A stretch of 43,448 bases of DNA, taken from the IMG/VR virus record IMGVR_UViG_2861058914_000003; one strand, written 5' to 3'. Position numbers and translations under genes: made by a program. Every line of letters begins with the position of its first letter. Position 1 is the first letter of the stretch. This document shows positions 17,763 to 31,126 of the stretch, in pieces. The notes beneath the pieces are model-generated. The model was not told the origin of the DNA and did not search any database. It saw only the letters and a list, made by a program, of their open reading frames with translations. The DNA is from a virus (taxonomy: Duplodnaviria > Heunggongvirae > Uroviricota > Caudoviricetes).

Positions 17763-18225
17763 TCCTCAGCGTAAAGCCTTCCTCGATATGTTGGCGTGGT
17801 CAGAAGGAACGGATAACGGGCGACAACCGACACGTAACCACGGTTATGATGTTATTGTTGGCGGCGAACTGTTTACTGATTACTCCGATCACCCTCGCAA
17901 ACTTGTCACGCTACACCCCAAACTCAAATCAACAGCCGCCGGACGTTATCAGCTTCTTTCACGCTGGTGGGATGCTTACCGTAAACAGCTTGGTTTGAAA
18001 GACTTCTCCCCCAAAAGCCAGGACGCAGTGGCATTACAGCAGATTAAAGAGCGTGGTGCTTTACCGATGATTGATCGCGGTGATATCCGTCAGGCAATCG
18101 ACCGTTGCAGCAATATCTGGGCTTCACTGCCGGGCGCTGGTTATGGTCAGTTCGAGCATAAGGCTGACAGCCTGATTGCAAAATTCAAAGAAGCTGGCGG
18201 AACGCTCAGAGAGAGTGAGGTATGA
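17749..18225 (+). CDS. R: Endolysin R (lytic transglycosylase)
   Basis: 158-aa ORF ...[21 protein letters not shown]...[19 protein letters not shown] matches lambda R as I recall it. Confidence 0.95.
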
Positions 18226-18683
18226 GCAGAATAACCGCGATTATCTCCGCTCTGGTTATCTGCGTCATCGTCTGCCTTTCATGGGCGGTTAATCATTACC
18301 GCGATAACGCGATTACCTACAAAGCCCAGCGCGACAAAAATGCCAGAGAACTGACGCTGGCGAACGCGGCAATTACTGACATACAGATGCGTCAGCGTGA
18401 TGTTGCTGCGCTCGATGCAAAATACACGAAGGAGTTAGCTGATGCGAAAGCTGAAAATGATGCTCTGCGTGATGATGTTGCCGCTGGTCGTCGTCGGTTG
18501 CACATCAAAGCAGTCTGTCAGTCAGTGCGTGAAGCCACCACCGCCTCCGGCGTGGATAATGCAGCCTCCCCCCGACTGGCAGACACCGCTGAACGGGATT
18601 ATTTCACCCTCAGAGAGAGGCTGATCACTATGCAAAAACAACTGGAAGGAACCCAGAAGTATATTAATGAGCAGTGCAGATAG
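18222..18683 (+). CDS. Rz: Spanin inner-membrane subunit Rz
   Basis: 153-aa ORF with N-terminal TM segment; lambda Rz-like; overlaps R. Confidence 0.9.
   Translation: MSRITAIISALVICVIVCLSWAVNHYRDNAITYKAQRDKNARELTLANAAITDIQMRQRDVAALDAKYTKELADAKAENDALRDDVAAGRRRLHIKAVCQSVREATTASGVDNAASPRLADTAERDYFTLRERLITMQKQLEGTQKYINEQCR
18442..18624 (+). CDS. Rz1: Spanin outer-membrane lipoprotein Rz1 (embedded in Rz, +1 frame)
   Basis: 60-aa ORF with lipobox (LVVVGC) and proline-rich segment; matches lambda Rz1. Confidence 0.85.
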   Translation: MRKLKMMLCVMMLPLVVVGCTSKQSVSQCVKPPPPPAWIMQPPPDWQTPLNGIISPSERG

Positions 18684-18714
18684 AGCTGCCCATATCGATG
18701 GGCAACTCATGCAA

Positions 18715-19008
18715 TTATTGTGAGCAATACACACGCGCTTCCAGCGGAGTATAAATGCCTAAAGTAATAAAACCGAGCAATCCATTTACGAATGTTTGCT
18801 GGGTTTCTGTTTTAACAACATTTTCTGCACCACCACAAATTTTTGCTGCATCGACAGTTTTCTTCTGCCCAATTCCCGAAACGAAGAAATGATGGGTGAT
18901 GGTTTCCTTTGGTGTTACTGCTGTAGGTTTGTTTCCAACAGTAAACGTCTGTTGAGCACATCCTGTAATAAGCATTGCCAGAGCGGCAGAAAACAACATT
19001 TTTTTCAT
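18715..19008 (-). CDS. bor: Bor lipoprotein (serum-resistance lipoprotein)
   Basis: From MKKMLFSAALAMLITGCAQQTFTV... (97 aa) matches lambda Bor; the track ORF extends 16 codons upstream. Confidence 0.85.
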   Translation of the reverse strand: MKKMLFSAALAMLITGCAQQTFTVGNKPTAVTPKETITHHFFVSGIGQKKTVDAAKICGGAENVVKTETQQTFVNGLLGFITLGIYTPLEARVYCSQ

Positions 19009-19488
19009 CTTATTATCCTGCATTGTTAAAAACGGCAGAATCCTATGTGACAACAATTAAACGATAGTTAAATGGATTGATGAAAATTAAAACTACACAG
19101 GTGGGCTCAGACTATTGGAGGAAGTTGGGGACACTCAGAATCCTGTGGAATGAAATAAACCGGTCTATCCGTCCATTACCCTTTTAGCTGCGCTGTATCG
19201 TCGCCGTATTCCCGCATTAACCATGACCGTAGCCCGACGGGGAATTCCTTCTGCGTGAGTGTGCGGGAATAATTAAAAACGATGCACACCGGGTTTTTAC
19301 CGCGTTAATGATTCGCGGGTTTATCCCGGTGCGATGGTGGAAGAAACAGGAAGCTGTATTACAGAAAGTGCTACTACTGTATCCCGATGCGATGTATGTA
19401 ATGTGAGTCAGATAATGGCACAGGATGTGGTGATGTGGCAGTCTGGAACACAGGATATATTGTCAGAATAAGACCCGTAGGAATAAAA

Positions 19489-19815
19489 ATGAAAAGACGC
19501 CTTTTACTACTTTTTCTGTTATCTGTCCTGGCAGTGGGATGCTCGCAGCAAAAAGCTGATGAGCCCCGGCAATTAGTGACGGTGTATCCACGATATCCGG
19601 AATATGCTGCAGCAAATTATATCAAGGGGCTGGTTGAGGTTAAGTTCGATATTGGTGCTGATGGGACTGTGACACGGATCGTTTTTCTCCGCTCAGAGCC
19701 TCATAATTTGTTTCGTGATGAAGTGGTGAAGGCCATGGCGAAATGGCGATTTGAAAAGAATCGCCCCTGTCAGGGAGTGAAGAGACAATTTATCTTTACG
19801 CCGTCACGTCCTTGA
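19489..19815 (+). CDS. Lipoprotein with TonB C-terminal-domain-like sequence
   Basis: From ATG 19489 (AGGA RBS): signal peptide with lipobox LAVGC. YPRYPEYAAANYIKGLVEVKFDIGADGTVTRIVFLRSEPHNLFRDEVVKAMAKWRFE aligns motif-for-motif with E. coli TonB C-terminus (YPARAQALRIEGQVKVKFDVTPDGRV...FEREVKNAMRRWRYE). Confidence 0.6.
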   Translation: MKRRLLLLFLLSVLAVGCSQQKADEPRQLVTVYPRYPEYAAANYIKGLVEVKFDIGADGTVTRIVFLRSEPHNLFRDEVVKAMAKWRFEKNRPCQGVKRQFIFTPSRP

Positions 19816-20178
19816 TGCTTCCAGGTAGAGAGGGGCTGGAAGCAGGAGAAAAATGAAAGAGCCAGCGGTTATATTTTTGTCATGGCTGACGAGGAATGAT
19901 GGAAGAAGGCGTTGTATGCCACACAACGCCTCACTGTTCATTTCTTCTTTTTCTCTGGTGGAACCCGATGAATAAGAGTTGCACTGGTTTCCGATGAGAT
20001 GGCGATATACTCGGGCAAAGTATGCTGGCAGTTTTCCAACTGGTCAAAAATACCTGCTCTCGTCTGTTGCAATGCCTGCAGCATGCGGCGGCAATGCGCC
20101 TTGCTTTTACTAACCATCTTTCCTTCCTCTATCAGTCGCTGCGTGAACTCATCATGGAATACCAGGTAAATGCGGATG

Positions 20179-20430
20179 TTATCGGTTTTGGCTACGCAGC
20201 ATAGTACAAAACGGACAGGTGCATCCCGGGACGGGGGAGGCGTCACATGTCCCTGTGATGGTTGTTCCGGGTAATGTACTGTGTGGGGCATAAAAATGTC
20301 CGATAATTTTACTTTCTACCGCAGTTAGTTGATTCGTTGGTCCTGGTAGCACATTGGGCGAGGATTTAAATGCCAGGCAACTGAAGGATGATGTCGCAAG
20401 GGAGATAGCGAGAATATTTCTGATTTTCAT
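20179..20430 (-). CDS. Small putative secreted protein (about 83 aa)
   Basis: From internal ATG 20430 (MKIRNILAISLATSSFSCLA signal-peptide-like). Overlaps an alternative ORF in another frame, so coding status is uncertain. Confidence 0.3.
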   Translation of the reverse strand: MKIRNILAISLATSSFSCLAFKSSPNVLPGPTNQLTAVESKIIGHFYAPHSTLPGTTITGTCDASPVPGCTCPFCTMLRSQNR

Positions 20431-20578
20431 TTGATGATGCCTCTGTGTGAAATGACGGTAAACGACGCACTTGTGCCGGCACATAATAGCAAGCACCATA
20501 ATAGATCAGATTCGATTCTTGCTGTAAGTGATAATTATTCTCGTTTTCGGGTCCTTTCCGTCGATCCAACAGGTTACG

Positions 20579-20590
20579 GGGCGGCGACCT
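20579..20590 (+). other. cos: cosN cohesive-end sequence (lambda cos)
   Basis: The 12-nt lambda cohesive end GGGCGGCGACCT in the context ...CAGGTTACG/GGGCGGCGACCTCGCGGGTTTTCGC, about 180 bp upstream of Nu1. Confidence 0.85.
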
Positions 20591-20767
20591 CGCGGGTTTT
20601 CGCTATTTATGAAAATTTTCCGGTTTAAGGCGTTTCCGTTCTTCTTCGCCGTAACTTAATGTTTTTATTTAAAACACTCCCTGAAAAGAAAGGAAACGAC
20701 AGGTGCTGAAAACGGGCTTTTTGGCCTCTGTCGTTTCCTTTCTCTGTTTTTGTCCGTGGAATGAACA

Positions 20768-21287
20768 ATGGAAGTCAACAAAAAGCAGCTGGCTGACATT
20801 TTCGGCGCGAGTATCCGTACTATTCAGAACTGGCAGGAGCAGGGAATGCCCGTTCTGCGAGGCGGTGGGAAGGGTAATGAGGTGCTTTATGACTCTGCCG
20901 ACGTCATAAAATGGTATGCCGAAAGGGATGCTGAAATTGAGAACGAAAAGCTGCGCCGGGAGGTTGAAGAACTGCGACAGGCCAGCGAGACAGATCTCCA
21001 GCCAGGGACTATTGAGTACGAACGCCATCGACTTACGCGTGCGCAGGCCGACGCACAGGAGCTGAAAAATGCCAGAGACTCCGCTGAAGTGGTGGAAACC
21101 GCATTCTGTACTTTCGTGCTGTCGCGGATCGCAGGTGAAATTGCCAGTATTCTCGACGGGATCCCCCTGTCGGTGCAGCGGCGTTTTCCGGAACTGGAAA
21201 ACCGACATGTTGATTTCCTGAAACGGGATATCATCAAAGCCATGAACAAAGCAGCCGCGCTGGATGAACTGATACCGGGGTTGCTGA

Positions 21288-21313
<26 letters not shown>
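20768..21313 (+). CDS. nu1: Terminase small subunit Nu1
   Basis: 181-aa ORF MEVNKKQLADIFGASIRTIQNWQEQGMP... matches lambda Nu1. Confidence 0.95.
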
Positions 21314-24994
<3,681 letters not shown>

Positions 24995-25014
<20 letters not shown>

Positions 25015-26314
25015 TCTCCCGCATATTGCCAGTATGGCCTTTAATGAGCCGCTGATGCTTGAACCCGCCTATGCGCGGGTTTTCTTTTGTGCGCTTGCAG
25101 GCCAGCTTGGGATCAGCCGCCTGACGGATGCGGTATCCGGCGACAGCCTGACTGCCGGAGAGGCACCCGCGGCGCTGGCGTTATCCGTTGATGATGACGG
25201 ACCACGACAGGCCCGCAGTTATCAGGTCATGAACGGCATCGCCGTGCTGCCGGTGTCCGGCACGCTGGTCAGTCGGACGCGAGCGCTGCAGCCGTATTCG
25301 GGGATGACCGGTTACAACGGCATTATCGCCCGTCTGCAACAGGCTGCCAGCGACCCGATGGTGGACGGCATTCTGCTCGATATGGATACGCCAGGCGGGA
25401 TGGTGGCAGGGGCATTTGACTGCGCTGACATCATCGCCCGTGTGCGTGACATAAAGCCGGTATGGGCGCTGGCCAACGACATGAACTGCAGTGCAGGTCA
25501 GTTGCTTGCCAGCGCCGCCTCCCGACGTCTGGTCACGCAGACCGCCCGGACAGGCTCCATCGGCGTCATGATGGCTCACAGTAATTACGGTGCTGCGCTG
25601 GAGAAACAGGGCGTGGAAATCACGCTGATTTACAGCGGCAGCCATAAGGTGGATGGCAACCCCTACAGCCATCTACCGGATGATGTCCGGGAAACACTGC
25701 AGTCCCGGATGGATGCAACCCGCCGGATGTTTGCACAGAAGGTGTCGGCATATACCGGCCTGTCCGTGCAGGCTGTGCTGGATACCGAGGCTGCAGTGTA
25801 CAGCGGTCAGGAGGCCATTGATGCCGGACTGGCTGATGAACTTGTTAACAGTACCGATGCGATCACCGTCATGCGTGATGCACTGGATGCACGTAAATCC
25901 CGTCTCTCAGGAGGGCGAATGACCAAAGAGACTCAATCAACAACTGTTTCAGCCACTGCTTCGCAGGCTGACGTTACTGGCGTGGTGCCAGCGACGGAGG
26001 GCGAGAACGCCAGCGCTGCGCAGCCGGACGTGAACGCGCAGATCACCGCAGCGGTTGCGGCAGAAAACAGTCGCATTATGGGGATCCTCAACTGTGAGGA
26101 AGCTCACGGACGCGAAGAACAGGCACGCGTGCTGGCCGAAACCCCTGGTATGACCGTGGAAACGGCCCGCCGCATTCTGGCAGTTGCACCACAGAGTGCA
26201 CAGGCGCGCAGTGACACTGCGCTGGATCGTCTGATGCAGGGGGCACCGGCACCGCTGGCTGCAGGTAACCTGGCATCTGATGCCGTTAACGATTTGCTGA
26301 ACACACCAGTGTAA
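24995..26314 (+). CDS. C: Capsid maturation protease C
   Basis: GTG start at 24995 (VTAELRNLPHIASMAFNEPLM...) as in lambda C, 439 aa; the track ORF extends upstream in the same frame. Confidence 0.9.
25919..26314 (+). CDS. nu3: Scaffolding protein Nu3 (in-frame C-terminal part of C)
   Basis: Internal ATG with GGAGGG RBS; MTKETQSTTVSATASQ... matches lambda Nu3. Confidence 0.75.
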   Translation: MTKETQSTTVSATASQADVTGVVPATEGENASAAQPDVNAQITAAVAAENSRIMGILNCEEAHGREEQARVLAETPGMTVETARRILAVAPQSAQARSDTALDRLMQGAPAPLAAGNLASDAVNDLLNTPV

Positions 26315-26323
26315 GGGATGTTT

Positions 26324-26656
26324 ATGACGAGCAAAGAAACCTTTACCCATTACCAGCCGCTGGGCAACAGTGACCCGGCTCATACCGCAACCGCGCCCGG
26401 CGGATTGAGTGCGAAAGCGCCTGCAATGACCCCGCTGATGCTGGACACCTCCAGCCGTAAGCTGGTTGCGTGGGATGGCACCACCGACGGTGCTGCCGTT
26501 GGCATTCTTGCGGTTGCTGCTGACCAGACCAGCACCACGCTGACGTTCTACAAGTCCGGCACGTTCCGTTATGAGGATGTGCTCTGGCCGGAGGCTGCCA
26601 GCGACGAGACGAAAAAACGGACCGCGTTTGCCGGAACGGCAATCAGCATCGTTTAA
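26324..26656 (+). CDS. D: Head decoration protein D
   Basis: 110 aa from [12 protein letters not shown]...; matches lambda gpD. Confidence 0.95.
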   Translation: MTSKETFTHYQPLGNSDPAHTATAPGGLSAKAPAMTPLMLDTSSRKLVAWDGTTDGAAVGILAVAADQTSTTLTFYKSGTFRYEDVLWPEAASDETKKRTAFAGTAISIV

Positions 26657-26711
26657 CTTTACCCTTCATCACTAAAGGCCGCCTGTGCGGCTTTTTTTAC
26701 GGGATTTTTTT

Positions 26712-27737
26712 ATGTCGATGTACACAACCGCCCAGCTGCTGGCGGCAAATGAGCAGAAATTTAAGTTTGATCCGCTGTTTCTGCGTCTCTTTTTCCGTGA
26801 GAGCTATCCCTTCACCACGGAGAAAGTCTATCTCTCACAAATTCCGGGACTGGTAAACATGGCGCTGTACGTTTCGCCGATTGTTTCCGGTGAGGTTATC
26901 CGTTCCCGTGGCGGCTCCACCTCTGAATTTACGCCGGGATATGTCAAGCCGAAGCATGAAGTGAATCCGCAGATGACCCTGCGTCGCCTGCCGGATGAAG
27001 ATCCGCAGAATCTGGTGGACCCGGCTTACCGCCGCCGTCGCATCATCATGCAGAACATGCGTGACGAAGAGCTGGCCATTGCTCAGGTCGAAGAGATGCA
27101 GGCAGTTTCTGCCGTGCTTAAGGGCAAATACACCATGACCGGTGAAGCCTTCGATCCGGTTGAGGTGGATATGGGCCGCAGTGAGGAGAATAACATCACG
27201 CAGTCCGGCGGCACGGAGTGGAGCAAGCGTGACAAGTCCACGTATGACCCGACCGACGATATCGAAGCCTACGCGCTGAACGCCAGCGGTGTGGTGAATA
27301 TCATCGTGTTCGATCCGAAAGGCTGGGCGCTGTTCCGTTCCTTCAAAGCCGTCAAGGAGAAGCTGGATACCCGTCGTGGTTCTAATTCCGAGCTGGAGAC
27401 AGCGGTGAAAGACCTGGGTAAAGCGGTGTCCTATAAGGGGATGTATGGCGATGTGGCCATCGTCGTGTATTCCGGACAGTACGTGGAAAACGGCGTCAAA
27501 AAGAACTTCCTGCCGGACAACACGATGGTGCTGGGGAACACTCAGGCACGCGGTCTGCGCACCTATGGCTGCATTCAGGATGCGGACGCACAGCTCGAAG
27601 GCATTAACGCCTCTGCCCGTTACCCGAAAAACTGGGTGACCACCGGCGATCCGGCGCGTGAGTTCACCATGATTCAGTCAGCACCGCTGATGCTGCTGGC
27701 TGACCCTGATGAGTTCGTGTCCGTACAACTGGCGTAA
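26712..27737 (+). CDS. E: Major capsid protein E
   Basis: 341 aa from MSMYTTAQLLAANEQKF...; matches lambda gpE. Confidence 0.97.
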   Translation: MSMYTTAQLLAANEQKFKFDPLFLRLFFRESYPFTTEKVYLSQIPGLVNMALYVSPIVSGEVIRSRGGSTSEFTPGYVKPKHEVNPQMTLRRLPDEDPQNLVDPAYRRRRIIMQNMRDEELAIAQVEEMQAVSAVLKGKYTMTGEAFDPVEVDMGRSEENNITQSGGTEWSKRDKSTYDPTDDIEAYALNASGVVNIIVFDPKGWALFRSFKAVKEKLDTRRGSNSELETAVKDLGKAVSYKGMYGDVAIVVYSGQYVENGVKKNFLPDNTMVLGNTQARGLRTYGCIQDADAQLEGINASARYPKNWVTTGDPAREFTMIQSAPLMLLADPDEFVSVQLA

Positions 27738-27778
27738 TCATGGCCCTTCGGGGCCATTGTTTCTCTGTGGAGGAGTCC

Positions 27779-28177
27779 ATGACGAAAGATGAACTGATTG
27801 CCCGTCTCCGCTCGCTGGGTGAACAACTGAACCGTGATGTCAGCCTGACGGGGACGAAAGAAGAACTGGCGCTCCGTGTGGCAGAGCTGGAAGAGGAGCT
27901 TGATGACACGGATGAAACTGCCGGTCAGGACACCCCTCTCAGCCGGGAAAATGTGCTGACCGGACATGAAAATGAGGTGGGATCAGCGCAGCCGGATACC
28001 GTGATTCTGGATACGTCTGAACTGGTCACGGTCGTGGCACTGGTGACGCTGCATACTGATGCACTTCACGCCACGCGGGATGAACCTGTGGCATTTGTGC
28101 TTCCGGGAACGGCGTTCCGTGTCTCTGCCGGTGTGGCAGCCGAAATGACAGAACGTGGCCTGGCCAGAATGCAATAA
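27779..28177 (+). CDS. FI: Head assembly protein FI
   Basis: 132 aa from MTKDELIARLRSLGEQL... with GGAGG RBS; matches lambda FI. Confidence 0.9.
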   Translation: MTKDELIARLRSLGEQLNRDVSLTGTKEELALRVAELEEELDDTDETAGQDTPLSRENVLTGHENEVGSAQPDTVILDTSELVTVVALVTLHTDALHATRDEPVAFVLPGTAFRVSAGVAAEMTERGLARMQ

Positions 28178-28188
28178 CGGGAGGCGCT

Positions 28189-28542
28189 GTGGCTGATTTC
28201 GATAACCTGTTCGATGCTGCCATTGTCCGCGCCGATGAAACGATACGCGGGTACATGGGAACGTCAGCCACCATGACATCCGGTGAGCAGTCCGGCGCAG
28301 TAATACGTGGTGTTTTTGATGACCCTGAAAATATCAGCTATGCCGGACAGGGCGTGCGCGTTGAAGGCTCCAGCCCGTCCCTGTTTGTCCGGACTGATGA
28401 TGTGCGGCAGCTGCGGCGCGGCGACACGCTGACCATCGGTGAGGAAAACTTCTGGATAGACCGGATTTCGACGGATGATGGCGGAAGCTGTCATCTCTGG
28501 CTTGGGCGTGGCGTGCCGCCTGCCGTTAACCGTCGTCGCTGA
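28189..28542 (+). CDS. FII: Head-tail joining protein FII
   Basis: 117-aa ORF matching lambda FII. Confidence 0.95.
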   Translation: MADFDNLFDAAIVRADETIRGYMGTSATMTSGEQSGAVIRGVFDDPENISYAGQGVRVEGSSPSLFVRTDDVRQLRRGDTLTIGEENFWIDRISTDDGGSCHLWLGRGVPPAVNRRR

Positions 28543-28553
28543 AGGGGGGATGT

Positions 28554-29132
28554 ATGGCCATAAAAGGTCTTGAGCAGGCCGTTGAAAACCTCAGCCGTAT
28601 CAGCAGAACGGCGGTGCCCGGTGCCGCCGCAATGGCCATTAACCGCGTTGCTTCATCCGCGATATCGCAGTCGGCGTCACAGGTTGCCCGTGAGACAAAG
28701 GTACGCCGGAAACTGGTAAAGGAAAGGGCCAGGCTGAAAAGGGCCACGGTCAAAAATCCGCAGGCCAGAATCAAGGTTAACCGGGGGGATTTGCCCGTAA
28801 TCAGGCTGGGTAACGCGCGGGTTGTCCTGTCCCGACGCAGGCGTCGTAAAAAGGGGCAGCGTTCATCCCTGAAAGGTGGCGACAGCGTGCTTGTGGTGGG
28901 AAACCGTCGTATTCCCGGCGCGTTTATTCAGCAACTGAAAAATGGCCGATGGCATGTCATGCAGCGTGTGGCCGGGAAAAACCGTTACCCCATTGATGTG
29001 GTGAAAATCCCGATGGCAGTGCCGCTGACCACGGCGTTTAAACAGAATATTGAGCGGATACGGCGTGAACGTCTTCCGAAAGAGCTGGGCTATGCGCTGC
29101 AGCATCAACTGAGGATGGTAATAAAGCGATGA
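28554..29132 (+). CDS. Z: Tail completion protein Z
   Basis: 192-aa ORF matching lambda gpZ. Confidence 0.95.
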   Translation: MAIKGLEQAVENLSRISRTAVPGAAAMAINRVASSAISQSASQVARETKVRRKLVKERARLKRATVKNPQARIKVNRGDLPVIRLGNARVVLSRRRRRKKGQRSSLKGGDSVLVVGNRRIPGAFIQQLKNGRWHVMQRVAGKNRYPIDVVKIPMAVPLTTAFKQNIERIRRERLPKELGYALQHQLRMVIKR

Positions 29133-29524
29133 AACATACAGAACTCCGTGCAGCCGTACTGGATGCACTGGAAAAACATGACACCGGGGCGACGCTTTTT
29201 GATGGTCGCCCCGCTGTTTTTGATGAGGAGGATTTTCCGGCAGTTGCCGTTTATCTCACCGGCGCTGAATACACGGGCGAAGAGCTGGACAGCGATACCT
29301 GGCAGGCGGAGCTGCATATTGAAGTTTTCCTGCCTGCTCAGGTGCCGGATTCAGAGCTGGATTCGTGGATGGAGTCCCGGATTTATCCGGTGATGAGCGA
29401 TGTCCCGGCACTGTCAGATTTGATCACCAGTATGGTGGCCAGTGGCTATGACTACCGGCGCGACGATGATGCGGGCCTGTGGAGTTCAGCCGATCTGACT
29501 TATGTCATTACCTATGAAATGTGA
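29129..29524 (+). CDS. U: Tail terminator protein U
   Basis: 131-aa ORF matching lambda gpU. Confidence 0.95.
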   Translation: MKHTELRAAVLDALEKHDTGATLFDGRPAVFDEEDFPAVAVYLTGAEYTGEELDSDTWQAELHIEVFLPAQVPDSELDSWMESRIYPVMSDVPALSDLITSMVASGYDYRRDDDAGLWSSADLTYVITYEM

Positions 29525-29531
29525 GGACGAT

Positions 29532-30272
29532 ATGCCTGTACCAAATCCAGTAATGCCGGTGAAAGGGGCCGGGACCACCCTGTGGGTTTATAAGGGGAAC
29601 GGTGACCCTTATGCGAACCCGCTTTCAGACGTTGACTGGTCGCGTCTGGCTAAAGTTAAAGACCTGACGCCCGGCGAACTGAGCGCTGAGTCCTATGACG
29701 ACAGCTATCTCGATGATGAAGATGCGGACTGGACTGCGACCGGGCAGGGGCAGAAATCTGCCGGAGATACCAGCTTCACGCTGGCGTGGATGCCCGGAGA
29801 GCAGGGGCAGCAGGCGCTGCTGGCGTGGTTTAATGAAGGGGATACCCGTGCCTATAAAATCCGCTTCCCGAACGGCACGGTCGATGTGTTCCGCGGCTGG
29901 GTCAGCAGTATCGGTAAGGCGGTGACGGCGAAGGAAGTGATCACCCGCACGGTGAAAGTCACCAACGTGGGACGTCCGTCGATGGCAGAAGATCGCAGCA
30001 CGGTGACGGCGACAACCGGCATGACGGTGACACCCGCCAGTGCTTCCGTAGTGAAAGGGCAGAGCACTACGCTGACCGTGGCATTCCAGCCGGAGGGCGC
30101 AACCGACAAGAGCTTCCGTGCGGTGTCTGCGGATAAAACAAAAGCCACCGTGTCGGTCAGCGGTATGACCATCACCGTGAACGGCGTTGCTGCAGGCAAG
30201 GTCAACATTCCGGTTGTATCCGGTAATGGTGAGTTTGCTGCGGTTGCAGAAATCACCGTCACCGCCAGTTAA
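29532..30272 (+). CDS. V: Major tail tube protein V
   Basis: 246 aa from [22 protein letters not shown]... (GAGG RBS); matches lambda gpV with C-terminal Ig-like domain. Confidence 0.95.
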   Translation: MPVPNPVMPVKGAGTTLWVYKGNGDPYANPLSDVDWSRLAKVKDLTPGELSAESYDDSYLDDEDADWTATGQGQKSAGDTSFTLAWMPGEQGQQALLAWFNEGDTRAYKIRFPNGTVDVFRGWVSSIGKAVTAKEVITRTVKVTNVGRPSMAEDRSTVTATTGMTVTPASASVVKGQSTTLTVAFQPEGATDKSFRAVSADKTKATVSVSGMTITVNGVAAGKVNIPVVSGNGEFAAVAEITVTAS

Positions 30273-30287
30273 TCCGGAGAGTCAGCG

Positions 30288-30710
30288 ATGTTCCTGAAAA
30301 CCGAATCATTTGAATATAACGGCGTGACCGTCACGCTTTCTGAACTGTCAGCCCTGCAGCGTATTGAGCATCTTGCCCTGATGAAACGGCAGGCAGAACC
30401 GGCGGGATCCGACAGCAACCGGCAGGTTACTGTGGAAGACGTCATCAGAACCGGCGCGTTTCTGGTGGCGATGTCCCTGTGGCATAACCATCCGAAGAAG
30501 ACGCAGATGCCGTCCATGAATGAAGCCGTTAAACAGATTGAGCAGGAAGTGCTTACCACCTGGCCCACAGAGGCAATTTCTCATGCTGAAAACGTGGTGT
30601 ACCGGCTGTCCGGTATGTATGAGTTTGTGGTGAATAATGCCCCCGAACAGGCAGAGGACGCCGGGCCTGCAGAGCCTGTTTCTGCGGGAAAGTGTTCGAC
30701 GGTGAGCTGA
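30288..30710 (+). CDS. G: Tail assembly chaperone G
   Basis: 140-aa ORF matching lambda gpG. Confidence 0.95.
   Translation: MFLKTESFEYNGVTVTLSELSALQRIEHLALMKRQAEPAGSDSNRQVTVEDVIRTGAFLVAMSLWHNHPKKTQMPSMNEAVKQIEQEVLTTWPTEAISHAENVVYRLSGMYEFVVNNAPEQAEDAGPAEPVSAGKCSTVS
30686..30692 (+). promoter_or_regulatory. Programmed -1 ribosomal frameshift slippery site (G GGA AAG) for the G-T fusion
   Basis: The heptamer GGGAAAG lies in the G frame just before the G stop; the -1 frame continues into the T ORF. Confidence 0.85.
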
Positions 30711-31126
30711 GTTTTGCCCTGAAACTGGCGCGTGAGATGGGGCGACCCGACTGGCGTGCCATGCTTGCCGGGATGTCATCCACGGAGTATGCCGACTGGC
30801 ACCGCTTTTACAGTACCCATTATTTTCATGATGTTCTGCTGGATATGCACTTTTCCGGGCTGACGTACACCGTGCTCAGCCTGTTTTTCAGCGATCCGGA
30901 TATGCATCCGCTGGATTTCAGTCTGCTGAACCGGCGCGAGGCTGACGAAGAGCCTGAAGATGATGTGCTGATGCAGAAAGCGGCAGGGCTTGCCGGAGGT
31001 GTCCGCTTTGGCCCGGACGGGAATGAAGTTATCCCCGCTTCCCCGGATGTGGCGGACATGACGGAGGATGACGTAATGCTGATGACAGTATCAGAAGGGA
31101 TCGCAGGAGGAGTCCGGTATGGCTGA
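30692..31126 (+). CDS. T: Tail assembly chaperone T segment (expressed as G-T frameshift fusion)
   Basis: -1 frame ORF continuing from the slippery site to just past the H start; matches the lambda gpT portion. Confidence 0.85.
   Translation: MFDGELSFALKLAREMGRPDWRAMLAGMSSTEYADWHRFYSTHYFHDVLLDMHFSGLTYTVLSLFFSDPDMHPLDFSLLNRREADEEPEDDVLMQKAAGLAGGVRFGPDGNEVIPASPDVADMTEDDVMLMTVSEGIAGGVRYG

Noticed and set aside
27740..27757. Hairpin ATGGCCC-ttcg-GGGCCAT between E and FI as a terminator
   Set aside because: The downstream U-tract is weak and the gene lies in the middle of the late operon; at most an attenuator or RNA-stability element.
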